Below are positions 39,886-52,665 of a stretch of 64,000 bases of DNA, in pieces; position 1 is the stretch's first letter; every line of letters begins with the position of its first letter. Origin of the DNA: Epithemia pelagica (lineage: Eukaryota; Protista; Bacillariophyta). Under the pieces are notes generated by a model. That model saw only the letters and a list, made by a program, of their open reading frames with translations, was not told the DNA's origin and did no database searches. Both the position numbers and the translations under genes were made by a program. The DNA lies in assembly GCA_946965045.2 (NCBI GenBank), contig OX337229.1, forward strand, positions 6,138,001 through 6,202,000, written 5' to 3'.

Positions 39886-40355
39886 GGTTGTGATTGTTGT
39901 CAAGCTGAATTGCGCAGTGTTTTGTTCTGTTGGTCTCCAAAGAAGATGAGTGCGAATTGTGCGATGGTTCGGGGAGGATCCTTTTGGATCACTCAACTGT
40001 CGAACCGTGGGAACTTGGGTTTTTCTGTGAAAGATGACAAGATCCGTGCCGGTGGGTTTTTTCTGCGAATGATGGGGGTGGACAGCAGGTGCTGGCGTGT
40101 CTTGAATCCACGTGGATCTTGTTCTTCCTCGCAACGTGTATTCTTCATCGAACTACTCCTACTAGGAATATAGCTCTAGTAGGAGTATATAGGGAAATGT
40201 GTGTGTGGGTTGTCTCATATACAAGGTGGTACTAGGTTACTGGCATGCTGCGTGTACTGCTTGGTTTCGTTGCGTGGCATTGAAAAGTGTGTGTCACCGA
40301 TGCGTGATGGCGTCGTGATGCTAAATTCGTCGGAGGTGCCTGAGATCTCGTTGGC

Positions 40356-40833
40356 CTAAAACGGCTTGGGGAAGTTTGACGAGCAGTTGGCAATGGCTGT
40401 GAAAGAAAGTGGTAGGAGAGCAAACAATCCGTAAGATATGGAAATGCAGGGAACAAGGCGAGAGATCGTCAACTAGTATATAGAGCATGATCAGAAGGAT
40501 TGGAACGTACCATTACCACATTCACGGGGCCATGTGACAATCTTTTCCAAAAAGGCATTGATTTGTCGGACAAAGGGAAAGATTCCTTCAAAGGCCTGTT
40601 GCAGATTTGCCAGGGATGCGTTTTCGTCATGACAAGCAAATTGATGTAGAGAAGAAGAGAAGGCAAGAGTGTGGGTCAGGTCGGAGAGTCATTTTGCAGC
40701 ATCGCATCCAAGTGCCAGGCAGTGACACACGTACCTGCAAAATGAGCCAGAAAAAGGCGCAGATACCGGCAATAGGCCAGGCAATAAAGATCAAGAGGGC
40801 CAACCAGATCAAGGCAAAGAGAAAGTTCTTCAT
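40356..40833 (-). CDS. Small (74 aa) membrane protein, 3 exons (40833-40735, 40595-40511, 40396-40356)
   Basis: Hydrophobic N-terminal half plus LEKIVTWPRECGNAI; same intron positions as paralog 50803-51337. Confidence 0.8.
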
Positions 40834-41214
40834 GATGATGTCGTTTGGTGTAGAATCGATTCAAGAGACTGCGAGCAACTGAGTTTTGAGACGACCAAGG
40901 CTCGTTGGTTGCATAAAAAAGTGGCCGATACATGCCCCGCCCGGTGAGAGCGCGCGCGTACGTCTGTCACACACATGCATTTTTACTTATAGCTGCCAGT
41001 TTTTCGGAACGGCACACGGAACAGTTTCCCTGCGTTCGTTCCAACGAAACGCGACCAATAGGCTATCGAGTCGTGAGTGACCGTTGAATGCCGGATCGAC
41101 TCGTCCGTTCTCGTCGAATTGTCCATGGACTTTGGAAGTCGTCGCCGCTATCTTCCTCCTTTGACCTTGTTGGCTTCAAATCTACAATACTAAGATCTTC
41201 ATTCAACTGCAGCC

Positions 41215-42058
41215 ATGTCGAATATGCTGGAATCCTTCAAGAAACAATCGTCTCGCATGTTGAATCAAGTGACGGGCAAAGGTGGAGAGACGGATGAGGA
41301 ATCGGCCGCCAGTGTGGAATTGTCGCCTGCCAACAACAATGACAATAGCAACAACAGCGACGACGATTCGCAACAAGTCTTGATGCAAGATAATGATTCG
41401 TCATGGACCGAGGAATTGTCCAATTATTGTCCCAAATTAACCTTTCAAGAACGACTGATTGGCTTTGCGACAACCTTTGGATTGGGTTACTTGATTGCCT
41501 TTTTCTCCTTTCGGTTCTTTATCAAATTGATTGAAGGCAATCCAGTCCCCTTTGCTATTAATTACACGGCTGGTCATGTCCTGCAATTACTCTCCAGTAT
41601 GTTTTTGTGTGGACCTCAACGCCAATTTCGGTACGTGTGCTCGGTCATTCGTTGGTCAATGTCTAGCGTGTTCCTTTGTTCTCACCCTGGTTCTGCTATT
41701 CTTTCGTATTGCTATTTGAAGCCTCATGTTTGACTCAACACGGTACATGACATCGATGGTGTATTTGGGCTGTTTGGCCGTCACCCTGATTCTTATTTTC
41801 ATTCCTCTGAAACCCCACTTTCTCAAGCTGTTGATTCTAGTTTCCTTGACCATGGCCCAGTTTGCGGCCAGTTGTTGGTATTCCTTGTCGTACATTCCCT
41901 ATGGTCGACGAACGGCCCTTCGTATTTTGTTCAAAACCTTGGGATTGGCACCGCCCAATCAATCCGTCTTTGGCAGTGGCGCATCCAATGCGGCCGCCTC
42001 GACGTCAGGAGGACGATCGAATTCCTATACCAACATTTTTACCAATGCCTTGTCGTGA
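41215..42058 (+). CDS. SFT2: SFT2/Got1-family vesicle transport protein (intron 41631-41721)
   Basis: LTFQERLIGF...FAINYTAG...FLCGPQRQFRLMFDSTR...YSLSYIPYGR; four TM helices. Confidence 0.85.
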
Positions 42059-42602
42059 GCAACCCGTTTGCCACCAACGCACCTCGTGGCCCGTTGGGAA
42101 TGACACGGTTGACTTGTACTTCCAATTGGTGGTCGGAACCAGGACAATGACAACCACAGCATGTGGGGTTCCGAACACGTTTTGACGATGGTTTGGCTCC
42201 GTGGCCCATACAGAGATGAATAGAACTCACCACCAAAATTGGCTGAACGAAAGCTCAAAGGCGAACACATGAAGAACGTAGGAAATTCTTTAAGGGGTAA
42301 GAATTGTGGTAGCTTCCCTTCCGTATCTGCGCTTGTGTATTGAAGTAGCACACTTTTCTTTGTTCCATGTCGAGCCTTTTCGTTTCCTTGGACCATTTAC
42401 TTTTACTCCTAGGAGTACCTATTGGAATCGAACTACATACAGTGGACTTTAGTTGCAAAGAAAAAAAAAAAAAAAAAAAAAATTGAATCTATTATAACGC
42501 TGCCGCACGTACCCACTCAGGGGAAACGCCGACCGACGCGCCGGGCATATGTAAAAACATACGCGAGGACTAACAAAGGTGAAAGCTAGCGACACTAGGT
42601 CG

Positions 42603-45600
42603 CTAGCGAGAGGAACTAACGGACTTGAGGATCACAGGTTGCCAAGTGTCAAGCCATGATCTCAAGCTAGCAGAGGTCGTGTGTGTGGTGAAGTGAATGT
42701 CAGGTGTTGGGTAAAACAAAATCTGATCCCGAGGATCAACGGAAGTCCGGAAACGATAAAGGCATCGAATCTCACGTTGAGCCTGAGCCAACGCAGCATC
42801 TTCGCGGGTCGTAGTATTGTGTCCATGTAAGTCTTGGTTGCGGGATAGCCATAATCGATAGACGTGTTCCCAAATGATTTTAATCGTCGATGTGACAAAG
42901 AGCGTCCCATTAAACTGACCAGATTCAGACGGTGGTGATCGAGTCAGATAGTGATCTTGCAACGTAGCCCAGTCGGTAACAAATCGACCAAAGAAGAGAT
43001 GAACAACACCCACAGTTGATTGGCGTGCCAGAAGAACCGCATAAGAAGAAGACAAGTGGTCAAGTTGCGGAGGAGTAGCCGCTATCCAGGAAAGTATAAG
43101 CTCCTTCAAGATGGATTGTAGAGTAGGATCAATAAAATGAGTCTTCCAATAGGTAGTCAAATCCTCCAGGAGGGAACCAACCCACTTGCGATGAGGGCAC
43201 CGGAGAAAATGTTCGCGTGTCTCTAGCACCTGTGGATTGCACTTAGGGCATGTTGATGGATAATGATCTGCATAGAGTGACCGTTTTTCGCCCAGCGGAA
43301 GCCAGTCATGAAGATATTTCATGAAGAACTGCCGTCTGGAAAATTGACTGCGGAGAGCAGTTGCATGTGAATTCCACAAAATAGTATGAAAGGTCGCTGT
43401 GCTCCATTCGTTACGACTGCAAAGATGATGAATCATTGCAGGGTCAGACGCGAGACGTCGCAGTACTTGACGGTAATTGGAGTTGATAGTACCGTTCGGG
43501 CCGTGCAAAATTGCCGTTGCCCCGCTAATCAGAGGAGCATGAGTCGAGGACAGCTCAGACGGATAAGTGAATTGCGACGCGAGAAGATCAGCCTTAACAT
43601 TCAGTTGAGCAGGAAGAGACAAAGTGTCTAACGGGACTCGTCAATCTTGATGTCCTTTGACATGTTGACATAGTGGTGGATTAGGAAAACGTCGAATGGC
43701 GGTAGTGATGGCCTGATGTAGATCCCACTCCGGTGACATGGTGGTATAAGGAAAATCAGAGTTCCATTCCAAGCGCGTAGTCATTGTCTGAATGGCACTC
43801 TTTGAATCAGTATACAACCTGAGGTGACTCGGAAGAGATATGCCCTGATACTCACAGAAGCGAAATACGAATTGCAGCACAGAGAGCAGACCGTAACTTT
43901 CGGCCCGAAAGGAGGAAGTGCGGAAACCTGGTGCCGGTCCAAGAAGAGTAAACAGTTCCATCCCATTATCGGTACTACAGACACAACCAAACGAACCATG
44001 AAACAACGGGGCAGACCCGTCGCTGCAAAGATGAATCGGTGTAGCATCAGAACTGGTAGATTGGAAAAATTGAGCAACCGTTTCAATTGTTGCAATGAGT
44101 TGAACGCCACGAAGCAGATCTCGTTCCCACGGCGGTAATCTTGCTATATGTTGGAGTAAAGTAGTGGGAACAGGTGGTGGAGGAGGTAGGTTTGCCGGAG
44201 ACACTGAAAGGAGACCAAGAATCCCAAAGGATTCAGAACGCGTGACAGCTGGTACAGACGTAGCGGGGAGACTGGTAACTGTGAGTCCAGTATTGACAAA
44301 GCGGCCATGCATTAGCGGAGCATATACATCATATCTGGCATCATGAAAGACAAAAAGTTGAACAGTTGGAATAGAAAAATAACAGTGCCATTGTCGGAGT
44401 GTATTGTTGCCTGTCACGATCCAAGGACCGAGAGGGTGCAAAAGACGATTCTTCGAAGTCGAAATTGTGAACAATCGTAAGAACTTGCGCCAGAGCTGCC
44501 AAGCACGAGGGCCTGGCCGTTGTTGATATGGAAGCAAGCCTTTCGGAGTAGAATGAGACGAGCGCTTTCCTTGAATACACTCTTGAGTAAGGACTGTCCC
44601 ATCAGGAGTGACAATATCACTGAGCAACACCACTCCAAGATAAAGACGACAAGCATTCACCAACTTCAATTCACCATCAGTGTAATTCGCCTCGGTGGCA
44701 TAGTCCATCAAGAACAGATCATGATCCCGTTGAAGATTAGGCACAAAGTCCAAGCCTACTTCAATCTGACAATCCACGGAATGTAGGAATTGTCGCATAG
44801 AAGGTAACCATTGCATTGGGTCCATGTGGGGAAGACGTCGGTGAATATCCATCAAGATCGGTGCACTCGTGCCAGCTAGATATTGCCCCCAGGAGAGCAT
44901 GATCGAAGCCAAATCAGAAGCAACGCCGCATGGGCGAATCGTGGCGAGAAACATGTAAACTTGAGAAATCCCGTGTTCTACCGATAGATCGCGAAGGGAC
45001 AAACCTCCATAATCAGCCGCGCCATACACGACTGCATTTGGAGTGCAACGGTTGACACCAAATTTGGGAAGGAAAGCGACTTTGAATTCCCTCTGTAGTC
45101 TCAAGCAATGCTCTTTGGATAGCGATGAAGACGGAAAGGGGTAGCATATGCTGGGTAAGTAAATCGAATGGTAGTAAGCCCATGCGTCGGTCGGGGTAAA
45201 TGGGCTACGAGCCATGACTTCAGTGTGTTTCTTGTTTTTCTTTCGGAGAGACTCAAACAGTCCTTTGTTAGTAGAACTTGGAGCCTTTTGGACTCCTAAT
45301 GTTTTGTGACTTGAATACGCAGAGAGTTGTTTGAGTGGCCGTGGTGGTTCTCCGGATTCGAACTCGATCTCAATCTTGGGCCCAAATTCTCCATCCTGCA
45401 ACACTGCTAGACCATCAATGGTAAATTTGTAGTACAGGAAATGATAAGAGCATTTTGTCTTTTGTAGTCCTCCTCCAGAGAGAGAAAGGACATTGCTCCA
45501 ACGTTGTGCATCGCATGTGGCCCGTTGAATATAGTGTTCAGGGGAGGCGGGCTCTGGGAGCAGGAAATCGTTGATGCTTCCACTCGTATCATCAACAAAG

Positions 45601-48404
45601 CCAATCATAAAAATCCTCACTTTGACTTGCCCATCAGGTGACTGAAAGGATGCGCCATATGCTCATGACTCGTAGGTGTCAAAGAGAACTGAACTAATAA
45701 TACACCAGATGGCTGGCGAATTCCCAGCGCCTTGGCCGGAACCGTAGATCGGGTGGATTGTACAATGCTTGTACCACCGCTCCGAGACTCCAAGTTGTGT
45801 TTTCAAATAGTACCTTGCCTCCTCCAGTGTTTTTGCGTTTATAAACACTATCGACCGATGTTGGCCAAAACTCCGAGAGACCAAACTGCCGAAATTCATT
45901 ATGATCCGGTCATAACAGGCAGTAGCATCGTAGTCAAGATGCACCAATGGTCTTTTGCTTGCTCTGCTAATCTCGTATTGATACTCTTCTATCATGGTTG
46001 GAATGATAGCGTCTTTTCCCGGAACAGCTCCGAACTGAGAGTCGTTGATTAATTGTTGTTTCACTCCTGTTTGAATGAGAGACCGCCACTTAAGAGCCAA
46101 GATCAAATTGTAATCTTGCTCATATATGTGGATGACTCGTAATCGATGAATCTTTCGGTTCCCAGATTCCTTGGGAATCATGACATTCACGATATGCTTC
46201 CAACGCTCAAGAGAGTAAGAATTCTTGATTGCAAGGTTAATAATATCCACTTGCCACTGAATCAAATCTTGCCGCTGTCGGTTTAATTGTTGCCCTTCTT
46301 CGGTATTGGGATCAAGGTCGTGCTCTGTGACCAGAGCCTTACTATGAGTGAGATGAAATCCTGACGGTGACGTGGTTGTCGCCTCGGGCCACTTTCGTAT
46401 CTTATCAGTCCATTCTTCCACTGAAATAGGACCTTTGATTGCATCAAGCGAAGTGCGAGCTTTCATATGATCAATGAGGTTCTGAGAGAGTTCGTCAAGA
46501 TCCGGTTGATTCCATTGTCCTTCTAAGATGAGTTCCGATGTATGGGAAGAAGCCGCCCAATCAATCCATTCTGAAAATGGGGGCACAGTTGGAAAGGTGC
46601 CATGCGCTTGCCCGAAGTGTAGTTGATTGCGTTTTAAGAGACTTTCCTCTATTTCTGCAGGCGTTTCGATCGTGATCCATTGGCGACAATTTGAGTAATC
46701 TGTATCAGTGCGGTCTGCTGGCACATCCAGCCTGGTAATGCCAGCACGAGTTTCTCCACGACATTGCCGCAATTTCTTGTACATTGCTTTGGTCCTTTCA
46801 GCAGCCATTCTTTTCCTAATGGACTTTGCCTCTTTCTTATCACCCCGGTCCAATGCAGCTTTCAGTAAGGACTGTTGTTCGTTCTGTCGCCGATGTGTAG
46901 CAGTTTTTGTCATTTCTCTTATCTGCCGTTGCACTCCTTTGAGAATCTCCATACATTCTTCAAAGCTTGCCGGAATATGGAGATGTGGATGACGTTGAGC
47001 CAATCGCTGAATCCCTTCATCACAATGCATTTGAAGTCGGTGCTGTGAAATGATTTTCTGCAATAAGCTTTTGTATTGCCGTAATTGGGCAATCTCAGAC
47101 GCAAACGGGATATTTCTCGGTTTCCTCGCACATCGGTTTGCCGCGATTATTCCGGCACGTTGAAAGTCAGCGTCCAATCGTTCCATTATTGTTGGATTCC
47201 AATCATTCTTAGCGTTTTCAATTCTCGTTGCAAAGTTGTGATCTTGGAGGTACTTATGCTTCTGTTGTATGTACTCTCTGTTGGAAGAAAGATCTTTCGA
47301 TGTGAACTCTCTGCTGCAAATCGGTCCCAATGCCTGTGTTTCATTCCCGAATAATTGCTTGATATCAAAGTCCATTACCAAGTTTCGGTGATCACCTTTA
47401 CCCCTTGAATTGAAAGGCTCATAACATGCTTGAAGTAATGCTCGAGAAACATTAGCGGTTCCCAAAGCGTAATCAATTCGGTTGCTCCCTCTTGCATACG
47501 TCCCGAAGTCAGTCTGTCCAACAGCCTGTTCCATTATATCATATAAATCGCATTCCAAAGCGACACGTCCCATACCACTGTTACTTGACTGTAACGGTTC
47601 ATTAAAATCGCCAAACAAAAGAATATCCGAGCCCCTGGTTTGTTGTTCTCGAATGAAGCAAATCATGTCTTGAGTGAATGCATCACGAGGCGATTCATAC
47701 CGACCCTCTTGACGTAACATACTAACTTGCTGAGCACTGCAAGTAAAACTCTTTATTTCGTCGTCCTCCACGACCGCTTGTTGGCATACTTGATAAGCAG
47801 TTATCAGGGTAAGCAATTTGCCACCTGTTCCGGCAAAGATTTGGAAAGCCCATCGTCCCATTCTATCTGTTCCTTGACGTACAACTCGTCCCGTCATTCT
47901 TCCAGTAGTTGCTAGTAGTACTCCTCCAGGTTTGTAGTTACTCTTTCTCGAGGGTATTGTACTGCTGCCAAATACCAGTCGATTGTGTTCTTGATCTCGC
48001 CGAACTGTGTTAAATAGTATATCCTTGACTGCAGGCCTTTGAGTGTCGAGGTTAAGTTCATAAATGCCCCATGAATCAACCTGGAGCATCGCCATTTCAG
48101 TACACCAATCTGCAAACTCGCCACCGTCGTGCCCTAGGGTGATCCCATCTGGATTCTTCCCAAAGACTCGAAAACAGCCGTCCGGTTTCTCTTTAATTTC
48201 TTCTCCAATATACCCGTTGTTTGCATAGCTATCTTGTTCAATTTCTTCAATTCCTCGTGATTGTTCGGTTCCTTCTCGCTCCTGATATTCATCATATTCT
48301 GAATCACTGTCTGAGACAGTGTCTATTTCAATGGTCGGTGCATAGAGATGATCGGATTGATCTAAGTAATTGTTGTTGGGTAAATCTGCACTAATTGTCG
48401 TCAT
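42603..48404 (-). pseudogene. LINE ORF2 (APE endonuclease, RT, RNase H, Zn knuckle), 1933 codons with two in-frame TGA (45663-45665, 43641-43643)
   Basis: GDFNE/SNRIDY/GDHR; GFVDD; CSDGS/AESYG/YTDSKS/HVKGHQD; CPKC..ETREHFLRC. All three track ORFs are in the same frame. Confidence 0.9.
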
Positions 48405-50313
48405 GATTTACACTCTTTTCGATTGCACTCACGTCCATCTCCAAGCTGGCCGATGACTGGTTGAGTGTCATGCTGGAATCTGTAATTTTTCCAACTTCAT
48501 GATTAGGAGTCGCCTCATTACTGGTCGCCTGGCTTTCTCTGGCTGCGACAGTGGGCTGGTTCTGTTTTGAGTCAATTGAGTCAGTTGGTTTTTGTCGTTT
48601 GGCCCCAATCGTTGGTTCCTGTCGTTCATAACTCGCTGTGGTTGAAGGTTGAGAGCTTGGTAGTTGCAATTTGCTTTCGACTGCATTCAAGACCAGAGAA
48701 GCTATCTGCTGAATAACTTCGGGTTGAAGAATGCTAGTGGGATCCGGTGCAGGAGGAGCTCTGGGGGTAGTGACGGTGCTTGTGTCTGAGTATGTTGCTT
48801 GTGGAGGATTTTCTTCCGTTCTTGATTCTGGTTCCTTCGCAGCTACGACGCTAGTTTCTATTTTGTATCCTTGTGCTTCTTGCAGTTTTCGTACCATTGC
48901 TTTCAGATCATCGATTTCTTTCTGCTGCTTTGCATTTTCAGCCATCAGTCGCTTTTCTCGTTCGTCGCTTGAAGTCATCACACTCGGCGTTTGGTCCGTT
49001 CTAGTTTCAACAGCAACAACCGCTGGAATCTTCACGGGACATTTCCATGATTGTGTAGCTGGACTCGATCCACTGGGTGGGTGGTACATACCCGGATCGA
49101 TCTCTTCTTTGTAATACTCTTGATTAGACGTACTGGAAAACATGGAGGCGCAGGACGAAATGTATGTTTCCATTGAGTTGTTTTTGTCGTCATCTTCATC
49201 TTCATACGCTCCTTTCTTAAAGGCTATGCCAGGTTTAGGAAACTTGCTTGGTAAGCGCAAGTCGCTGTAATTGGTCAGAGCAGTTTGGACCATTTCTCCG
49301 ATTGATCCTCTGAGTGCCTTGGTGACGCTATTCATATGATTACGGGTGGTGTGCACATTGAAACGTCCTGTCTTCGCAGTGTCTCTATGCTTGGATACAT
49401 CTGTCACTCCAACTATTGCCATGATTTTCTCGCGTAGATAGAACATGATATCATCGGTGAGGCCAACAACTGGGACCACTTGATGCTCTTTGAGGTAAGC
49501 ATTCTGATGAATCAAAGCGCTTCTATAAATCTCTTTGCTCGCTTCATCTTGGTGACGAAGTCGATGGAACAAAAAGACTGGATTCTTTTTGTACGTTTCT
49601 TTGAGTATCTTGATGAGAGTTTTTGCATCATCTTGGCGACACTGTAACCCGTATGCTTTGGAGTTACACTTCTCATTGAAGTCGTCATAGATAAACGGGG
49701 AAGTAAAGACCATCTTGAACTTGGGAATCTTCTTGATTGATAATCCAGTATTCTGCTTAATCATCTCTTTTTGTACGCGGTCGACAGCCTCTTCTGAAGT
49801 AACATTGCTCGGATCTATTTCAACAAAGAAGCCGAGATTAGAAATTCTTGTTTCATTTTCCTGCCAGTGATGAACCAGCATTCTTGCGTTAACGTTCTTG
49901 AGCCTTGCTGAGACGTCATGATGGTTTCGAATTTCACTTATAGGAATGCGAGAATGCAGGCGATGATAAACGATGTACATCGGCAATCGCTCTTTGTCTT
50001 CGTTTCCTTTCAAAAACTGAGTGTTGTAGTTGCGAGTGTAATCGGAAAGAACTAAAAGCCTGTTCAAGTCAGTGATGACCCCTCCGTTGTTGTTGAATAT
50101 CTTAACTTCTGGGTATACGCGACGAATGACTTGGAGAACGGCAAAATGCGTAGATGAAACTTTAGTGTTGTTCTTCTTCGGACGGAAAACAAACTTTACC
50201 ACATACTCTTTCTCTTCTCCGACATACTTCTTGGTATAGTGATTATGTGCCGATGCTGTGTCGGTACTTGCGTCGTCCATGGCGAGAGTGGACTTGGGCA
50301 CCTCTTCGGCCAT
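48391..50313 (-). CDS. LINE ORF1 (640 aa), overlapping the ORF2 start by 14 nt
   Basis: Position between the 5' UTR and ORF2, inside the TSDs; short coiled coil. Confidence 0.8.
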   Translation of the reverse strand: MAEEVPKSTLAMDDASTDTASAHNHYTKKYVGEEKEYVVKFVFRPKKNNTKVSSTHFAVLQVIRRVYPEVKIFNNNGGVITDLNRLLVLSDYTRNYNTQFLKGNEDKERLPMYIVYHRLHSRIPISEIRNHHDVSARLKNVNARMLVHHWQENETRISNLGFFVEIDPSNVTSEEAVDRVQKEMIKQNTGLSIKKIPKFKMVFTSPFIYDDFNEKCNSKAYGLQCRQDDAKTLIKILKETYKKNPVFLFHRLRHQDEASKEIYRSALIHQNAYLKEHQVVPVVGLTDDIMFYLREKIMAIVGVTDVSKHRDTAKTGRFNVHTTRNHMNSVTKALRGSIGEMVQTALTNYSDLRLPSKFPKPGIAFKKGAYEDEDDDKNNSMETYISSCASMFSSTSNQEYYKEEIDPGMYHPPSGSSPATQSWKCPVKIPAVVAVETRTDQTPSVMTSSDEREKRLMAENAKQQKEIDDLKAMVRKLQEAQGYKIETSVVAAKEPESRTEENPPQATYSDTSTVTTPRAPPAPDPTSILQPEVIQQIASLVLNAVESKLQLPSSQPSTTASYERQEPTIGAKRQKPTDSIDSKQNQPTVAARESQATSNEATPNHEVGKITDSSMTLNQSSASLEMDVSAIEKSVNHDDN

Positions 50314-50802
50314 GGTCGGTATCTTTCTTCAAAAGATCCACGTAGAGCTTGGTACTGTTTCTACTAAATTTCCAAATTTTCGGGGGACAACGCTGCAGTG
50401 TCGAGAGCTTTTCGATTTGCTTGACCTCAGAATTGTGGACTTTAGTTGCAAAGATACGGATAGCATCATTTGTTTTCGGTCGCACATTTCAAACGTGACA
50501 TTTCGGATGTCATTTTTTTGTTGTTTGCTTTCTTGTTTTGCCCATGGCACTCTTGCGACACGAGAGACACCCACTCTACATCCAAAGTCGACGAATCGGA
50601 ATAACAACGACAAAAGAACAACAAGCCAAGTCACCGGCAGCAGCAGGGGAATACAAGAAAGCAAGCGATTCCAAGTCTTCCTCCACCTCTTTGGTCCGGT
50701 TTGTTACCACAAAAATCATCTGGTCGGTGTGTCTCTTGACCCACATCTTTGGATTCTCTTTCGACGCTTTGAATCTTTGCTGGTCTTTTCAATACTTTCA
50801 AC

Positions 50803-51337
50803 ATGGCGAAGAATACCTGTTATGCCGTCTTGTGGATCTTCTTATTGATTTTTGTGGCGTGGCCAGTGGCCGCCATTTGTTGTCTCTTTTGGCTCTTGTT
50901 GCAGGTGCGTGTACGACCTTCCCTATGGTGCATCAAGGTTTGTCCAAGACACCACCTCTCACACAGATATGTTTTTCTATACCTTGCACTATCTTCCAAA
51001 CACATCACATGATATTATATAGCCCTTGGAAGCCCTGTTTTCCGTGGTGAAACAGATGACACACTTTTTGGAAAAAATCATTACGTGGCCTCGTGAATGT
51101 GGCAATGGTACGTGGCTGTTTGTTGGACAGGCCATGTCTACTGCGAGGGCTGATCTCCAGGATCCCTACAAATTGGCTAGGACGACGAGTTTTCGTGCGT
51201 CTCTTGATTGTTCTGTCGTTCTCGCCCAGAATCCAGCCTTCTCCTCACAACACCTCTCAATCTCTCGTCATTGGTTCTCTCTCTCTCTCTTTTTAGCCAT
51301 TGCTCGATGCTCCTCCAATTTTCCCGAACCTAGGTAA
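50803..51337 (+). CDS. Small (75 aa) membrane protein, 3 exons (50803-50904, 51023-51107, 51297-51337); paralog of 40356-40833
   Basis: LEKIITWPRECGNAIARCSSNFPEPR; conserved splice positions. Confidence 0.8.
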
Positions 51338-52492
51338 TCCAAACAAAACCTGATGGGTCTCAACCCTCAAGAGAATAGAAAGAGAGAAAGAAAGAAGGGA
51401 GAGAAATGGATTGAGAGTCCCTATCCGAATCAGAGACAAAACACGAGAGTTACGAGGGACGTCAATAGAAGGCACTACACGGATTGAACGTTTCTCCCAC
51501 AAGGCATGCTTGGAGCGAAATGGACAGGACGAGCTATTAGATAGTGCAAGATTAGAGCATGGTATCGGTGGATCAAAGACAGAGGAGGAAAGAAGAATCT
51601 CGAGAGTGAAAGACTGTTGGTTTGGTTTGGTTTGGGTGGTGACCCTCGGAGACCGAGAGGAATCACACAAGGGATGTGTGCCGGTGCGCATTCCATCTTT
51701 GGGTGGGCGATCAACGGATATTCACTGCGACAACACACGAGGCCAAGCCGGGAGTGAATGGAGAAACACAAAAGAGTGTGTGAGAGCAAGCATATGAGAG
51801 AATGACAAGCGAGGTTGGAAGTGTGGTGGTGGGGAGGAGGAGGGAACACATACGGATGCGCAAACACCAACTAGGATCAAGATTTGCAGGATCGAGTGAG
51901 TGTTGCTGGGTAGTTTGCGGACCACTTGCTGCCGAGACAGGATACTAATAGAATACACAGACGAATATAAGAGGACTGCAAAGCGGCATTTCAGGAACCA
52001 CAAAACTTTTGTAAGTGTTGTTGTAGTTGAAAGACTATCATCTTGTGTGCTTCTTCCACGAACAGCGTCCTTGTCGACTGCTCCCACTCCACGCCACTGC
52101 TCGTTGTGGTACTGTCCGTCTGCTTCCTCCCCTTTCATCCAACACGGCTTGACCCTACATTCCTCATGAAACAGAAGTCGACTACATATTTCTATAGCCG
52201 TAGTCATGGTGCTTGCTGTGGGTTCCGTAACTAACCAAAGGGAAAGGATAGGTTCCATCCAACCACAGCATAGTATTAGTATCGATTACACGAACAAGGT
52301 TTTTCCAAGGCTTGTATATCTGGATGCTGGATGTTGGTCAGCCATGTGCGAACCCAAAGGGCGCATTGGGTTCCCAACAATGGCGTCATTCTTCCACAAG
52401 AAGCTTTTGGGGGGCGCGTAAAATTCAGAGCCCCTTCCTCGTCCTAGTCGATACACACATACTCACACACACACATGCGCAACACCATCATG

Positions 52493-52540
52493 TTCAGTCC
52501 GTTTGGAGAGAGAAGATTCTCGTTCCAAAACGAACGTCAT
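52493..52540 (-). promoter_or_regulatory. SECIS element (form II-like) in the 3' UTR of the selenoprotein gene
   Basis: ATGAC-GTTCGTTTTGG-AA-(GAGA/TCTC ministem)-CCAAACGGAC-TGAA: non-Watson-Crick GA quartet, 10-bp helix, apical AA. Confidence 0.85.
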
Positions 52541-52665
52541 TCCAAGCGTTTGGCGGTGGTGATGAAAGGTATACGGAGTATCACACGGTGGCTGCTCGGA
52601 CCATTGGGTCCTCGTCCTGTTTTGTTCTCGTTGTTGGTCGACTCGATATAGAGTTCTCTATAGAA

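Larger units (their letters stand above)
42461..50434 (-). mobile_element. Full-length non-LTR retrotransposon (APE-RT-RNase H LINE), 20-bp TSD, 3' poly(T) tail
   Basis: TSD GTGGACTTTAGTTGCAAAGA at 42442-42461 and 50435-50454. ORF1 and ORF2 are on the minus strand. The A22 on the plus strand at 42461-42482 is T22 on the coding strand. Confidence 0.92.

Noticed and set aside
42461-42482. Poly(A) tail of a plus-strand retrocopy
   Set aside because: The run is at the left edge inside the TSD and next to the 3' UTR of a minus-strand LINE; there is no plus-strand insert before it.
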